NCBI GenBank assembly: GCA_009914755.4
Contig: CP068257.2
Coordinates: 29,888,001 to 29,952,000, forward strand
Reading direction: 5' to 3'
Source of the DNA: the human T2T-CHM13v2.0 reference genome, Homo sapiens
Length of the DNA: 64,000 nucleotides
Below, in pieces: positions 1 to 16,683 of this stretch. A model generated the notes under the pieces. It saw only the letters and a program-made list of their open reading frames with translations. It did no database searches and was not told where the DNA came from. The position numbers and the translations under genes were made by a program. Numbering within the stretch: the stretch's first letter is position 1; every line of letters starts with the position of its first letter.

Positions 1-39
1 CGGAGTTTCCGTTTGGGAAGATGAAAAGTTCTGGAGATG

Positions 40-470
<431 letters not shown>

Positions 471-1394
471 ACTAGCAATAACTGTTTAAGAATAATAGGT
501 TTTTGAGTGCGGTTTTACTTTTTCCTTTGAGTCCTAAATTTTCATTCATGAAATTTCTCTTAAAAAGAGAAAAGGCATTTGTGGTATAAACAGCAAAAGG
601 AAAGAAATGTGCTGTCCTAAGGCAGGCCAACTCATTGAGGACCCACAGCTTCAGGGATTAATGGGATTCCTGTGGCAATGACCTTCCCCACTTCTGTAAT
701 ATGAATGATCGCAAAGCGAAAATCCAATTCCCTCTCTGTGTTTATGAAAGCCATTCCTTTAGGACAGCTGAAGCAACAAAGCCAGTCAAAAGCACTTCCC
801 AGCCGTGCGATTGGAGATTTATATTGCACATCAACATAAAGAAACATTATGTAACTTAAGCTGTGGGCCAGGAGGCGTGGGTCAGAAGCTGAATTCAAGA
901 CATGCTTCGCCCTCCAATTCCCACCACTGGACCAATTAAAAACTCCCCAGGCTTCTGCTGCCTTTTCCGTAAGGTGAAAGAACACCTGCTTCATAAGGTA
1001 ACCGTAAATCCTGCAAAGAACCCATGCCTGGCAAATGTCAGGGGTTTAGACACAGCATGTGTGAAAGAACACAGCCTGCCACAGAGCAGGTGCTTAATAA
1101 ATGCCCAAGGCTTGCTTCCTTTCACTCCATCCATGCAGGCACTCAAAGCTTTATGCTTGCTTGTTCCTCAACTTCTGAAGAAGGAATAGATTGCCAGATT
1201 TACTCTTAATTGCCTCAACTCCGCCACCTTCTCTAAAAAGAAACCCTCATCCTAAAACTCTTAATGAGGTCGGCTTTCTATTTTATGGCCAGATAACTGG
1301 AAATGACCGGAGAGCTGGCAAAATGACAAGCTGGAAGGCTTCATTTAAATTAGAAAAAGGTTTCTAGAGTTTCTCTTCAAGATTATATTCTAGA

Positions 1395-1500
1395 GATCCA
1401 GAAAACCTAAGGTTCCAGCAGTCATTAGCTGCATGACCCTGGGCAAAGTACTTATCCTTAGAGCACTGATATTCACATCACAAATGATGTAAACCAGATA
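1395..1500 (+). mobile_element. MIR SINE fragment
   Basis: ttagctgcatgaccctgggcaaagtacttatccttagagc matches the MIR core ctagctgtgtgaccttgggcaagtcacttaacctctctg. Confidence 0.5.
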
Positions 1501-1532
1501 TACACAATTGAGTCTCTTAAAAAGTTAAAAGA

Positions 1533-1803
1533 GTGCACACCTGTAATCCCAGTGATTTGGTAGGTGGAGGCGGGAGGATCACATGAGGCTAGGAGTTGAA
1601 GACCAGCCTGGGTAATATAGCAATACCCCATCTCAACAAAAAATTTAAAAACTTAGCCAGTAGTGGTGGTGTGCACCTGTAGTCCCAGCTATTCAGGAAG
1701 CTGAGGTGGAAGGATTGCTTGAGCCCGGGAGTTCAAGGCTGTAGTGAGCCATGACTTGTACCACTGCATGCCAGCCTGGGCAACAGAGCAAGACCCTGCC
1801 TCA
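1533..1803 (+). mobile_element. Alu SINE (5' truncated by about 15 bp)
   Basis: gtgcacacctgtaatcccagtgatttggtaggtggaggcgggaggatcac ... ccagcctgggcaacagagcaagaccctgcctca. Runs directly into a CA microsatellite that replaces the A-tail. Confidence 0.9.
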
Positions 1804-1807
1804 CACA

Positions 1808-1867
<60 letters not shown>
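1803..1867. repeat. (AC)n / (CA)n dinucleotide microsatellite, about 30 units
   Basis: Uninterrupted cacacaca run after a single aaa interruption near the start. Confidence 0.97.
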
Positions 1868-1869
<2 letters not shown>

Positions 1870-1895
1870 GTAAAGGACAGTAAGAACTCTAATAA

Positions 1896-2259
<364 letters not shown>

Positions 2260-2312
2260 GGCTCTTAATAATTCTTAATTATTCTTAATAATTTTTAATT
2301 ATTAAGAAATTA

Positions 2313-2661
<349 letters not shown>

Positions 2662-3636
2662 CTATTAAACATAATTGTTTATCGTCAGGGAGCCCTTGTT
2701 CCTGGGCTGGGCCTCAGGCTTCCCATCAGTAGTAAATGGGCCAAACCACCAGTTCTCTCAAAGGAGGCTTCTAACACGAATGTTCCACAACACTTGTAAG
2801 GCCCATCTGTCCAACCGAAGCAGTCCTTTATAAAGTTCTATCCAAATGGGATCACTGGCTATAACATATCAAGAATTGGAAATAGTGATGACCAGGAAGT
2901 TTCTTTTGATTTGACCAATTAAAACAACATTTTTTTCTCATATCTAACACTTATTCTCATATCTAACACTACCCCGTATTTCAATGTCATAGGTTTTTAA
3001 GCTACAACCACAAATTCTGTCGTTTAAATTTAGGAGCAATCACAATAATTCACCGACCAGCTATAAAATAAATTTTTAGCACATTCTCAATCATTCTCAA
3101 TAAACTGTCATCATTCACGGATTTCAACAGCACCCAATGCCATGTTTTTAAGCAGCAGTAACTCCTCTGCAAAGCAATATTTCTCTTTGCAACTTATCAC
3201 ACCTTACAAAAGATACCTGCAAAGAGAGGTAAATCAAACAAAACATGTAAGTTATGTTTATTTTCCCATTACAAACGGTATCAAAGTACAGAGCTACAGC
3301 ATCGAGACATAAAAAGGATGCCCTGAAATTTTACTGGGTGCAATTTTCACTAAATATAGCCTAATGAACTGAATAGTTCAATGCTTTTGCAGAAAAAGTC
3401 CTAAGCAGTGCAATTAAGAAAAATCTAAAACAACACAATGATTTTATATAAGCAGCAGAAATCTTCTTCCCAAATGAGAACAAGTCATATGCACCACTCA
3501 TTTAAGACTCTTCAAAATGCAGAAAGATGTCTGGATTTTGAAAGTGAGGAAGGAAGACTAATAGTTCAGGGCAGCAGCATGAAATAGCAAAAGCTCCCAG
3601 ACATCAGGGATACAGCCTGAAGCCTCTAGGCTCAAC

Positions 3637-4163
<527 letters not shown>

Positions 4164-4204
4164 GGTGAAAAAAAAGCTAAGACTCAGGATACACTTCCAA
4201 GACT

Positions 4205-4588
4205 AGTGTGTCAGGCCACTTTTGCATTGCTGTAAGGAAATACCTAAGGCTGGGTAATTTATATAGAAAAGAGGTTTAATTGGCTCATGGTTCTGCAGAT
4301 TGTACAAGAAGCACGGCTTCTGGGAAAGCCTCAGGGAGCTTTTACTCATGGTGCAAGGTGAAGTGGGGGTAGGAGTCTCACATGGCAGAGGAGGAGCAAG
4401 AGAGAGTAGAGGGAGGTGCCACACTTTACAACAGCCAGATCTTGCGAGAACTGGCTCACTATGGCAAGAACTGCACCAAGCCAAGAGGGATCCGCCCCCA
4501 CAACACAAACACCTCCCACCAGGCCCCTCCTCCAACACCGGGAGTTAATCTTAACAAGAGATTTGGAGGGGACATCCAACTATATTAG
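4205..4588 (-). mobile_element. MaLR LTR (THE1/MST-type ERVL-MaLR long terminal repeat), antisense
   Basis: gtcaggccacttttgcattgctgtaaggaaatacctaaggctgggtaatttatatagaaaagaggtttaattggctcatggttctgcag ... gatccgcccccacaacacaaacacctcccaccaggcccctcctccaacaccggg ... agatttggaggggacatccaactatattag is the reverse complement of the THE1/MST consensus (TGATATGGTTTGGCTGTGTCCCCACCCAAATCTCATC ... AGGTTTAATGGACTCACAGTTCCACATGGCTGGGGAGGCC). Confidence 0.8.
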
Positions 4589-4947
4589 CTAGTGAATCCC
4601 AGAACCTGGACTCAAAAGTATATTCTCTTGCTAGATGGCAAAAAGCATTTGCTGGTGAAGGGTTTGATCCTGAGAGCTTTGAAATAGAAAAATGGAAAAT
4701 CTAATGGGAAATCAGGAGGAATAATCAGAGTTTACTCTCTCTCTGCCAAGCTTATAAGCAAAAGAGCTGAAGTGTATTGAACACTATGCCCAAGAGTTTT
4801 ATATCCATTTTATCATGCAATGCTCCTTTAGCTAGATAATTACAGCAAAAACTTACATAGCATTTAGTGTGTGCCTTGTACCATTCCAAACTTCTATCAT
4901 GTGATTCATCTGCTCTTCCCAACATCTCAGGGAGGCAGACACATCCT

Positions 4948-5648
<701 letters not shown>

Positions 5649-5649
5649 A

Positions 5650-5790
5650 ATCATCATTTTATAGACAAGGCACTTGAGGCACAGAGCCAAGTGACTTCCC
5701 CAAAGTCACACTGCTAGCAGGGCCAGAATTCAAACCCAGGCAGTCTGGCACCAGAGTCCATGCTATTAACCCCTGTACCAGGGACTCTTA
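5650..5790 (-). mobile_element. MIR SINE fragment, antisense
   Basis: atagacaaggcacttgaggcacagagccaagtgacttccccaaagtcacactgctagcagggccagaattcaaacccaggcagtctggcaccagagtccatgctattaacc is the reverse complement of the MIR 5' half (gaggaaactgaggcacagagaggttaagtgacttgcccaaggtcacacagctagtaagtggcagagccgggattcgaacccaggcagtctggctccagagtcc). Confidence 0.75.
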
Positions 5791-5830
5791 TTATATGAAG
5801 AAATAAAATGAGAGGGTGACACATTAATTA

Positions 5831-6142
<312 letters not shown>

Positions 6143-6782
6143 TTATCTCATCCAAGTGAGCACAACTTGCTTTGAACCTGGTCTGCAGTTCTCCCTGTCT
6201 GGGCACTCACCACCATGCTGTGTGTTCAGGCCTGGCAGGCAGGGGTGCCACCCCCATAGCAGCACTGAGCCCTGGGGCAGATGAGTAAGCAAACAGGATG
6301 AGATCTGGGTCTTCACAGCAGGAGACTGAAGAGGGAAGGATAAGAAACAAGTGACCAGGGAAGATGGAAGGCAGCGGGAAGCAAGCAGCAAAACTAAAAG
6401 AGGTCAAAGGCTCCACTGACTGTTTCTGCTGACTTTGATGAGTGCATGCACGGCGGAAACTTCTGGAAACTTCTGGTTTCCGTAACTATTTTATCTATGC
6501 TCAGGGGCTCCATGAGCTGAGTTCATTTAGCAAATTAATGACCTTCTAAGCCTTTTAAGTCATTCTGAACAGAAAAAGAATTGCTCAGCAAATCACTTGG
6601 AGAGGAAATCTCATGAGGAAACTCCCTTTTTTTCTAAGACGATATGACAATGCTTTCCCACGACAATGCAGACCCTGCATGGCCACAGGTGGGAATCGTG
6701 ATAGTAAGCCTGGGGTCACATATCTCATCATGTACTTTACCTTCATCATATATCTATGGGAATCTCAAAAGCTGTATTCTCT

Positions 6783-7089
6783 TTTTTTGTTGTTTGTTTG
6801 TTTGTTTGTGACAGAGTCTCCCTATGTCACCCAGGCTGGAGTAGAGGGGCATGATCTCAGCTCACTAAAACCTCCGCCTCCCAGGTTCGTGCGATTTTCC
6901 TGCCTCAACCTCCCAAGTAGCTGGGACTACAGGCACGCACCACCATGCCAAGCTAATTTTGGTATTTTTAGTAGAGACGGGGTTTTGCCATGTTGACCAG
7001 GCTGGTCTCGAACTCCTGACCTCAGGTGATCCACCTGCCTCAGACTCCCAAAGTGCTGGGATTACAGGCGTGAGCCACCACGCCTGGCC
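6783..7089 (-). mobile_element. Alu SINE, antisense, (GTTT)n-modified tail
   Basis: ctttttttgttgtttgtttgtttgtttgtgacagagtctccctatgtcacccaggctggagtag ... ggcgtgagccaccacgcctggcc. 18 bp TSD aaaagctgta(t/a)tctcttt at 6767-6784 and 7090-7107. Confidence 0.94.
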
Positions 7090-8319
7090 AAAAGCTGTAT
7101 ACTCTTTCCTGATCTTCCATCAAGCTTCCAAAGACTTCCAAAGATATCCGGGCCACACACTGTGGAACAGACACCGGAGAAACTGGGCTCCAACACAGAG
7201 ACTAGATTTAACTCCTGCTTGGCAACAGCTGGAGCCTAGAAGCTCTGCACACCAATACAGAGCCTGCAAAACTCTCCATGCCTCCTGCCTCTGTTAACCC
7301 AGCTTCCTCCCCCTGTCTTAAGCTGAAACTCCTCCGTGGGACTTACTCATGCTGACACACAAGCATTTTCTAAATAGAAAATTTTGGTAGAGAATGAGTA
7401 GGGTAAACTCAGGTTATCAGAATCTTAGAGGAGGCCCAGAGACACAAAAAGACCACATTTAGGTGCCTCTCAACTTTGCAGGAAAGTTCTAAAAATAGAG
7501 GGCCTGATTTCAAGTGGAAGTGATTTTAAACTACAATCTATTATTTAAATAGCAAACACGTTGAGTATCTAAAAGATCAAGACAAAGATGAGTGAGACAT
7601 TCGAAGAGCATGGGGACCTAGCACACATTTTTGCCAGCTCTCCATCTGCCCTGATGGATTACTAAATTCACAGCTGACTCTCCAGTTTTAACCATTTTCT
7701 TCTGATTGGGTGTTAAGACATTCCCAGAGGGAAGGGATGGAGCTAAAATCACCCATCTATCAGCCACCTGCCCCACCCCATTCCACCCTGTCACTTATCA
7801 CAAAATCCTAAAATACAGATATGATCTTAAAGGCCACCAGTCCCAACCCAATGCTTAGAATCTCCTCAGTGTGTCCCAGTCTCCACTCACCTGGGCCACT
7901 TGTGGTCAACAGTCTCTCAATGTTGATCACATTGAGTCCCCTGATCAAGCCCATCACTACCCTTCAGAAACAGATTTGCTCCCAAGGAAATGTCTTGCTT
8001 CTCCCTACACAAACAGGAACAGAGTGGGAGCACCATGTGTGTTAATTCCAACAGGATGCTAGACTGTTGTTGATACAAGTGTTACAGTGTTAATATAGCT
8101 GAGATGGGAAGCCCTAAACTAGTGATTCTAGGCTTTCCAGCGTACAAGATTGATGAGACTTCAGTGTTTAAACAACATTCACTGACAGAGAGAAAGAGAT
8201 AACTAGGGAGATTAAGGGAGCAGGGAGGGGGGATGCCGATCAATGAAAATATTTCTTCCAGGGAAGAGGCAGCACTATCAATGCACTAAGTATGTGACCT
8301 CTATTTAAAATACTTCCCA

Positions 8320-8610
8320 AAGCCAGGCACAGTGGCTCATCCCTATACTCCCAGCACTTTGGGAGGCCAAGGCAGGAAGATTGCTTGAGGCCAGGAGTCC
8401 AAGACCAGCCTGAGCAACATACCAAGACCCTGTCTCTACAAAAAATTTGAAAATTAGCTGGGCATAGTGGTGCATCTAGCTACTCAGTCCTAGCTACTCA
8501 GGAGGCGGAGGCAGGAAGCTCCCTGAGCACAAGAGATGGAGGCTGCAGTGAGCTAGGATCGCGCCTCCATACTCCAGCCTGGGCAACAGAAATAAAAATT
8601 AAAATAAATA
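8320..8610 (+). mobile_element. Alu SINE (older, AluJ-like)
   Basis: aagccaggcacagtggctcatccctatactcccagcactttgggaggccaaggcaggaagattgcttgagg ... ccagcctgggcaacagaaataaaaattaaaataaata. Confidence 0.88.
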
Positions 8611-9308
<698 letters not shown>

Positions 9309-11897
9309 GAAATGTCTTTTTATTCTTTCAAACAGATACTTGAGTCCAATGGGGAAAGGTGGAAAAAAAAAGTCACAAAACCTGTCCTCAAAAAGCCCTC
9401 CATCCTATTAGGTTGGGGAGAGAAAATTAATGCAGATAAAACAATTAGAAAACAATAACTAATGTAATTATGGGTTGTTACTACTGTAACAATTACTAGT
9501 GTAATTTTGAGTTCCAAGCATAAGATTTCAGAAACGAGGAGTATGTTCCCTTCAGTAGCTCTTGAATACCTTGAGTAAACAGAGAAGGAAGCAGGAAACC
9601 AAACATTCTCTTCTTTATCTCTTCAATGTATCTTCTTTATCAGCAAATGGATTTCCTTTCAGGGAGTTTAAGACCTTGTGGGTCAGGGCTACCTGCCCAG
9701 TTCAGGCCAGAAGGAAACAAAGGAAATAAATTAGGTCACCCATCCAGCATTGCTCCTTCCCAAATACCTGCTCCTCAAATGCAGAGAGCAACTGTCATTG
9801 CAAGACAGCTGTGCAGACATGTGTTTATAAACTTAAAGTCCATGAACTCCAACCTGGTATCATCTCTCCTCTTTTAACTCCAGAGAAAATTCACCTCATG
9901 CCCCCTTCCTCTCGAGGGAAGGTCCGCAGAGACAATGTAAGATGTTCTCACCAGGGAAGATTCCACCTTGCTTGGCCTCCTGTCAGTTTCTGTCATCTCC
10001 GCGGAAGTGTCATGGACATTACAGCATTCTCTTGTTGCCACCTTTGCTGGAGCCAGGACCTAGCACTGCTTTTGCGACCCCCCTGCAAATGTTTATTTCT
10101 ACTAACACGTTGGAAGGCAAGAAGACAACCTGGCATTCACACAACCATATGAGGAAACTCAAGGAGGAACTTAACTCCTTTCTTAGAGCCTGATGTCACC
10201 ACTATTCTCCCAGTTCCAGGCTACCGTCAATGCCATCTCCCAGGGCAACCTCATCTGGGAAGGTCTCCTCTGAATTCATACTGAAAAGGTTTTGAAGATG
10301 ACCTCCACATATTTCAAGAATAGCTATCATCGATCTACCTGAAAGTTTGCTGCCAAGCAAAGTTATCTCTACACAACATTTCTTTAACCCTCTCACCACC
10401 ACTTTTTAGACAAGGCAATTGAGGCTGAGACATTCAGCAACTTGGCCAAGAGGCCTGAACACTGTCCAGAGGCCTGAACAGTGATGGAATTCCAAAAATC
10501 CCAAAATCCCCAAATGCCTGCTCTTCACCGTCAATGCTATTCTGTCTCCCTTCACAACAGTGTAGCTTTTCAGTCTGGCAAATGGAAACCAGCTCAACGT
10601 ACTAAAGCATATTTGTGTGGCTATGAAACTCCTAGAGGAAGCAGAGCCACGAAGATGAATGGAGATCTACAAATAAAACTGTGGGGCACCCCAGTGCCCG
10701 ACTGTATGAGCCCCCCTGGTGGGCACACACCTGGACGCCTCCTGGTGGAAGCAAGGCGCCTTCTGATCCACACTGAGCCATCAGCTGTCCCCACCAGCTG
10801 GTCAGCCGCACTTCGCATCCCCAGAACCAACCTCCAAGACCCCGGACCCCTGGCCTGGAAATGTAAGTGGGCAGGCAATGTTTCTGGAAGACACTCTCCT
10901 ATCTGTTCACTCGTATACCCAAGCCTTATAATCCCCAGAATACAGTAGGATTGGCTTCATTCCTGAGTAATAAATTTAGAGGTTAAAAAAAAATGATTCC
11001 TAGTATCAAGAACAAGAAACAGGACTGAACAGTCCTGGCTCCAAGTCAATCACAGCGCCACTGACTTACGCCCCACAGAGTAGCAACCATGGCTAATTTC
11101 TCTCCAGATGGCGGCTTGTACTTTTCCAAGCAGAATCTCATCTCCCCAAGCCTTGCCTCACCTTTCTACAGCTCTTTGTGTTTTCCCAACGTCCTCTCTG
11201 TGCACAGAGGGCTTTGCAACACCTCCAAATTTACTGCCACCCACAGATTTAATTAGCAGACTGTTTACTCCCCCCTTCTCTGATTGGAATATCTTAAGTA
11301 AAACCAGGCCTCCACTGAGCCCGTGGGTACTCCACCCTGGGCCTCTGTCCAATCGGCTCCCCAGTGAAAAACAGTGTTTGCTCAGCTCCAACTGTAGGGT
11401 TGGCCCCGGTCCAAGGCAGGTCTATGCTGTGAGCCAGCCACCGGTGCCACACAAGGGCCGCAACCCCTGGGGGCTGCCTAGTGAGAGGAGACTGTATGGA
11501 AGGAAGGGCAGAGGTGACCAAATAAAAAGAAACAAAACGACACCCTGGTAAGCAAGGCATTAGTAGTAAAAGTTAGGGTACAGAGACAAACTGGCTAAAC
11601 ACATATTTCTCTTGACTTCTCCATGTGATCGCTATAGTGAAAGAAAAAAGAAGAGGAAGAAACAGTAGCCTACATTATAGAAGGGAATGAGATGGTGAAA
11701 GAAATGGAAAAAGGAGGATCAAAGAGGACCCAGAGAAGAAAGGAGGGCAGGAGAGAAGGGAAGGGAATAATCTGCTTTTTTTTACTCACCATTAAGTAAA
11801 CTAATTAAAAACCACTAAACTGAATATCCATTTTACATTCAACTATACAGGAGTTAAAAAAAAAAAAAAAGATGCCTCCTTGGGAGAAACAAAATCA

Positions 11898-12254
<357 letters not shown>

Positions 12255-12854
12255 CTACAGTTCACTCTCCTACAGAGCCATTTAATGATGCAAGGACTGA
12301 CATGCTATCTCTGGCTGTGGAGTAAGAGTGGAGGAGATTACACAGAAGCACCTCCTTGGTCCAACTAAAACTAGGCACAGCCTTGGCTGCACACACCAAA
12401 ACAGCCCAGTGCTGATGGTAATTACACACATGACCAACCAACACACAAAATCTCTTCTTGATAGGCTGAGCCTCCCCCTCCGATGCTATGCTGCTTGCTT
12501 TTATGTCCTTCATTAATTTTTCCTAAACTATTTTAAGGTTTTATGACTACTCTTACTTCTTTATTCTTAGACTTTTAAAGGGGAGTCAAGCAATTAAATA
12601 CACAGAGCTATTGTTACTCACAATAGGCACTGATATAATGTCTACCTCATCTTTTAAATGTGCCTACATTAATTTTGCTGCAGAGAAAATTCCTATCTTT
12701 CCAATATGCTAGTGATGAAAATTCATTTTTGGAAACCACTTAGCCTTGTACTTTTTAATCTCCCCGCACTCTAGCTTCAAACACGCTTTGTGGGGTGAAG
12801 GGGCCCATTAAAATTAAGAAATTCCTGAAATAAGAGAAATTTCCCCATCCTATC

Positions 12855-13045
12855 CAGCATGGGCAACGTGGCCAAATCCCATCTCTACAAAAAATTAGCC
12901 CGTGTGGTGGCGCATGCCTGCAGTCCCAGCTGCTCAGGACGGGGAGGTAAAAGGATCCTTGTGTCCTGTAGGTCGAGGCCACAGTGAGTTGTGGTTACAC
13001 CACTACACTCCAGCCTGGGCAACAAAGAGAAAAAAATAAATAAAT
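12855..13045 (+). mobile_element. Alu-derived partial copy (mostly right arm, degenerate)
   Basis: tccagcatgggcaacgtggccaaatcccatctctacaaaaaattagcccgtgtggtggcgcatgcctgcagtcccagctgctcagg ... cactccagcctgggcaacaaagagaaaaaaataaataaata. Confidence 0.75.
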
Positions 13046-13097
13046 ATACCTACCCTAGCAGGTTATCCCAGCAAGATAGGTGGACAGCCTTTCTCTA

Positions 13098-13460
<363 letters not shown>

Positions 13461-13566
13461 TTAAAAGTTAAAAGGTTAAACAGAATTTCATAACCTATTT
13501 TATTCAACCAGGTATATCACGGATACTATCATTTCAACATATAATCAACACAAAAAATTATTCACG

Positions 13567-13848
13567 TGGCTGGGTGTAGTGGCTCACACCTGTCATCCCA
13601 GCACTTAGGAAGGCCAACCCAGGAGGCTCACTTGAGGTCGGGAGTTCAAGACAAGCCCACTTACAAAAATTATTTTTAATTAGCCAGGGGTGGTGGTACA
13701 CACCTGTAGTCTCAGCTACCAGGGAGGCTGAGGTGGCAGGATCACTTAAGCCCAGAAGTTCGAGGCTGCACGAGCTGTGTTCATGCCACTGCTCTCCGGC
13801 CTGGGTGACAGAGCAAGACCCTGTCTCTAAAAAAATAAAATAAAAAAT
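13567..13848 (+). mobile_element. Alu SINE (old, AluJ-like, diverged)
   Basis: ggctgggtgtagtggctcacacctgtcatcccagcacttaggaaggccaacccaggaggctcacttgaggtcgggagttcaagacaagccc ... ctgggtgacagagcaagaccctgtctctaaaaaaataaaataaaaaa. TSD aaaaattatt. Confidence 0.88.
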
Positions 13849-14496
13849 TATTACTGAGATAGCAAACATTCTTCTCCTTCTTCCTGTGTCTTTGAAATCT
13901 GGTTTGTAGTTTATGCTGACAGTACTTCCCAATTCAGACTAGCCACATGTCAACATAGTGGGCAGTACAGCTACAGACCCTCTGATGGAAATGTGCGGAC
14001 AGGAGGGAATAGGGTTAGATAAAGAAGTACCTAAGCACGAGGGATTCGGGATCTCTTAAGTGCTCAATTACAGGATGTGCTTAGCTTTCCTTTCACACAG
14101 CCCCTCCAAAGGACACACATGCCCTGTGGTCTTTCGGAAATACCCGCCTGGCATCCAGAGAATCTCTCTAGGGCTCTGAGTTGCAGTTCCAAAACCTCAC
14201 CCACTCCATATAATGGAAAACACAATGAAGAGAAAGCGAGTACCTCCAAGGTACAAAAACCACGCTAGGCGCTGACACTAAGCATATTCAAACTCACCAT
14301 TAACATCTAAGCCTAACATGCTGGCCAGGAGACATTGTCTTCTATGGATCTCCATGCCTTATTAAAAAGTCATTAAATCCAGTGCCTACATCGAGAACAA
14401 CCAGACTTAACAACAGGAAACTGAGCTCCCTGGCCTAATGGCCTGTCTTGTTCTAAGTTCCAGGACAAACCAAAGAAGCACTTAAGAATCCAAAAT

Positions 14497-14778
14497 CAAC
14501 TGGGTTCATGCCTGTAATCCCAGCACTTTGGGAGGCCGAGGTGGGTGGATCACCCAAGGTCAGGAGTTCAAGACCAGCCTGGCCAACATAGTGAAACCCA
14601 TCTCTTTTAAAAATACAAAAATTAGCTGGGCATGGTGGTGTGTATCTGTAATCCCAGCTACTCGGGAAGCTGAGATAGAAGAATTGTTGAACCCGGGAGG
14701 CAGAGGTTGCAGTGAGTCGAGATCACGCCATTGTACTCCAGCCTGGGCAACAGAGCAAGACTCTCTCTCAAAAAAAGA
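14497..14778 (+). mobile_element. Alu SINE (5' truncated by about 10 bp)
   Basis: ctgggttcatgcctgtaatcccagcactttgggaggccgaggtgggtggatcacccaaggtcagg ... agactctctctcaaaaaaa. TSD gaatccaaaatca. Confidence 0.92.
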
Positions 14779-14935
14779 ATCCAAAATCAGCACTTAAGAA
14801 TCTTAATTTCTACCTGCCTGGTCAAAACCACTGCCCATCACTGAATCTTGACCGCCCCCAAAATCCTAAAAGAGTAATCATTGTGAGCATTTGACATATT
14901 TTCTCAGTATCTTTGTTGTCATAAAATTAATCCAG

Positions 14936-15193
14936 GGCCAGGCATGGTGCAAACACTTTGGGAGACCAAGCTGGGAGGATTACTGAGCCCAGGAGTTCGA
15001 GAACAGCTTGGGCAACATGACGAAACCCCATCTCTACAAAAAATTAGGCAGGTGTGGTGGCACCAGCCCTGGCTACTTGGGAAGCTGAGGTGAGAGGATC
15101 ACCTGAACCCAGGAGGTCAAAGCTGCAGTGAGCCATGACTGTGCCACTGCACTCCAGCCTGGGTGACAGAGGAAGACCCTGTCTCAAAAAAAA
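14936..15193 (+). mobile_element. Alu SINE (AluJ-like, diverged)
   Basis: gggccaggcatggtgcaaacactttgggagaccaagctgggaggattactgagcccaggagttcgagaacagcttgggcaacatgacg ... ccagcctgggtgacagaggaagaccctgtctcaaaaaaaaaaa. Confidence 0.88.
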
Positions 15194-15195
15194 AA

Positions 15196-15545
<350 letters not shown>

Positions 15546-16294
15546 TTAAAACTAAAGCACATGCAAATGGGCTCTGATTCCTTAAATTAATTGAAAAACA
15601 TGGACCCCAACCTTTACAGAGCTTCATGCACAAGCTTATCAATGAGTATGGCCTGCCCATCTAAAGATTTTCTAAGAGGCTGCCCACGTAAAGGGGATGT
15701 CAGAGCTCCTGGAGCTTTGGGACAGCCACAAGCCCTCTACCTGGTTCTCTATCTAGGTCTTTTCCTCCTTCCCATTGCCCCAGTCTCTCCCAGAGCTCAG
15801 ACACACTCTATACCTTCCCATGGGAACAAAAAAGCCCCCAGGTGAGTGTTTTTGGCTGATGTGTGAGTTTGACATCCAGCACTGGCACATCCACCGTGTG
15901 ACACTTGGGACATCACTCAACTCATCACTTGCTCTTTTCCCAAGCAAGTACCAAACTGAAGGCCCATCAGGTGCCAGCAGCCATGCCAGGGACAGGGATG
16001 ACAAAACACCAGAATGAGCCTGCTCTCAAGAATTAGAGGCACGCCAACAGATGAATGGAAGACGATGGGTTACTATGCCAGCAGAAAAGGTCCTGGGAGG
16101 CTTTCTAGAGGCGATGGTGCCTGTGTTGGGCCTTTAAAAATAAGCAAGAATGGACCAGAAGGGGAGAAAATGCGGCACAGGCAGAGAGGCCGGGGGTTGA
16201 TGCTTCCTGGGCCCACACCAGGCACCAGGCCTGTTCAAAGCATCTACAGGAATCGGCTCATTCACTCCTCACAACCATCCCTATGAAATAGGTT

Positions 16295-16400
16295 CTATTA
16301 TTTTCCCCATGTGATAGACGAGGAAACTGAGGCATAAGGCAAATTGCATCGTCCGAGGTCATTCTATTCATAAGTGGCTAAGCAATGCAGTCTGGCTCAG
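16295..16400 (-). mobile_element. MIR SINE fragment, antisense
   Basis: gaggaaactgaggcataaggcaaattgcatcgtccgaggtcattctattcataagtggctaagcaatgcagtctggctcagattgg is the reverse complement of the MIR 5' half (cctcagtttcctc ... ccagactgcctgggttcgaatcc). Confidence 0.65.
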
Positions 16401-16625
16401 ATTGGGGGTTTCCCCTATGGTCTGTGAGATGACTGCCCTTACCCACTGCACACCATGGCACCTGCCCATGCAAGCGCATGCTGTGCTTGTGAACTGCAAG
16501 CAAATGGTGCAATCTGGACCACCCCGGATACCCCAAAGGTCACCTAAATGCAGGAAGCTGAAGGAAGGGAGTCTTCAGGACAGCCGGGACCCACTAGAGA
16601 TTCAAACTCTCACCCGATACTCTTC

Positions 16626-16683
16626 AATCCAAACATATTAGGTTGGTTAAAAGTAATGGCAAACATCACAATTACTTTTGCAC
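16626..16683. mobile_element. MADE1 (Hsmar1-derived MITE) fragment, palindromic
   Basis: ttaggttggttaaaagtaatggcaaacatcacaattacttttgcaccaacctaa carries the inverted termini TTAGGTTGGTGCAAAAGTAATTG ... CAATTACTTTTGCACCAACCTAA. It is internally shortened to about 55 bp against the 80 bp consensus. Confidence 0.8.
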
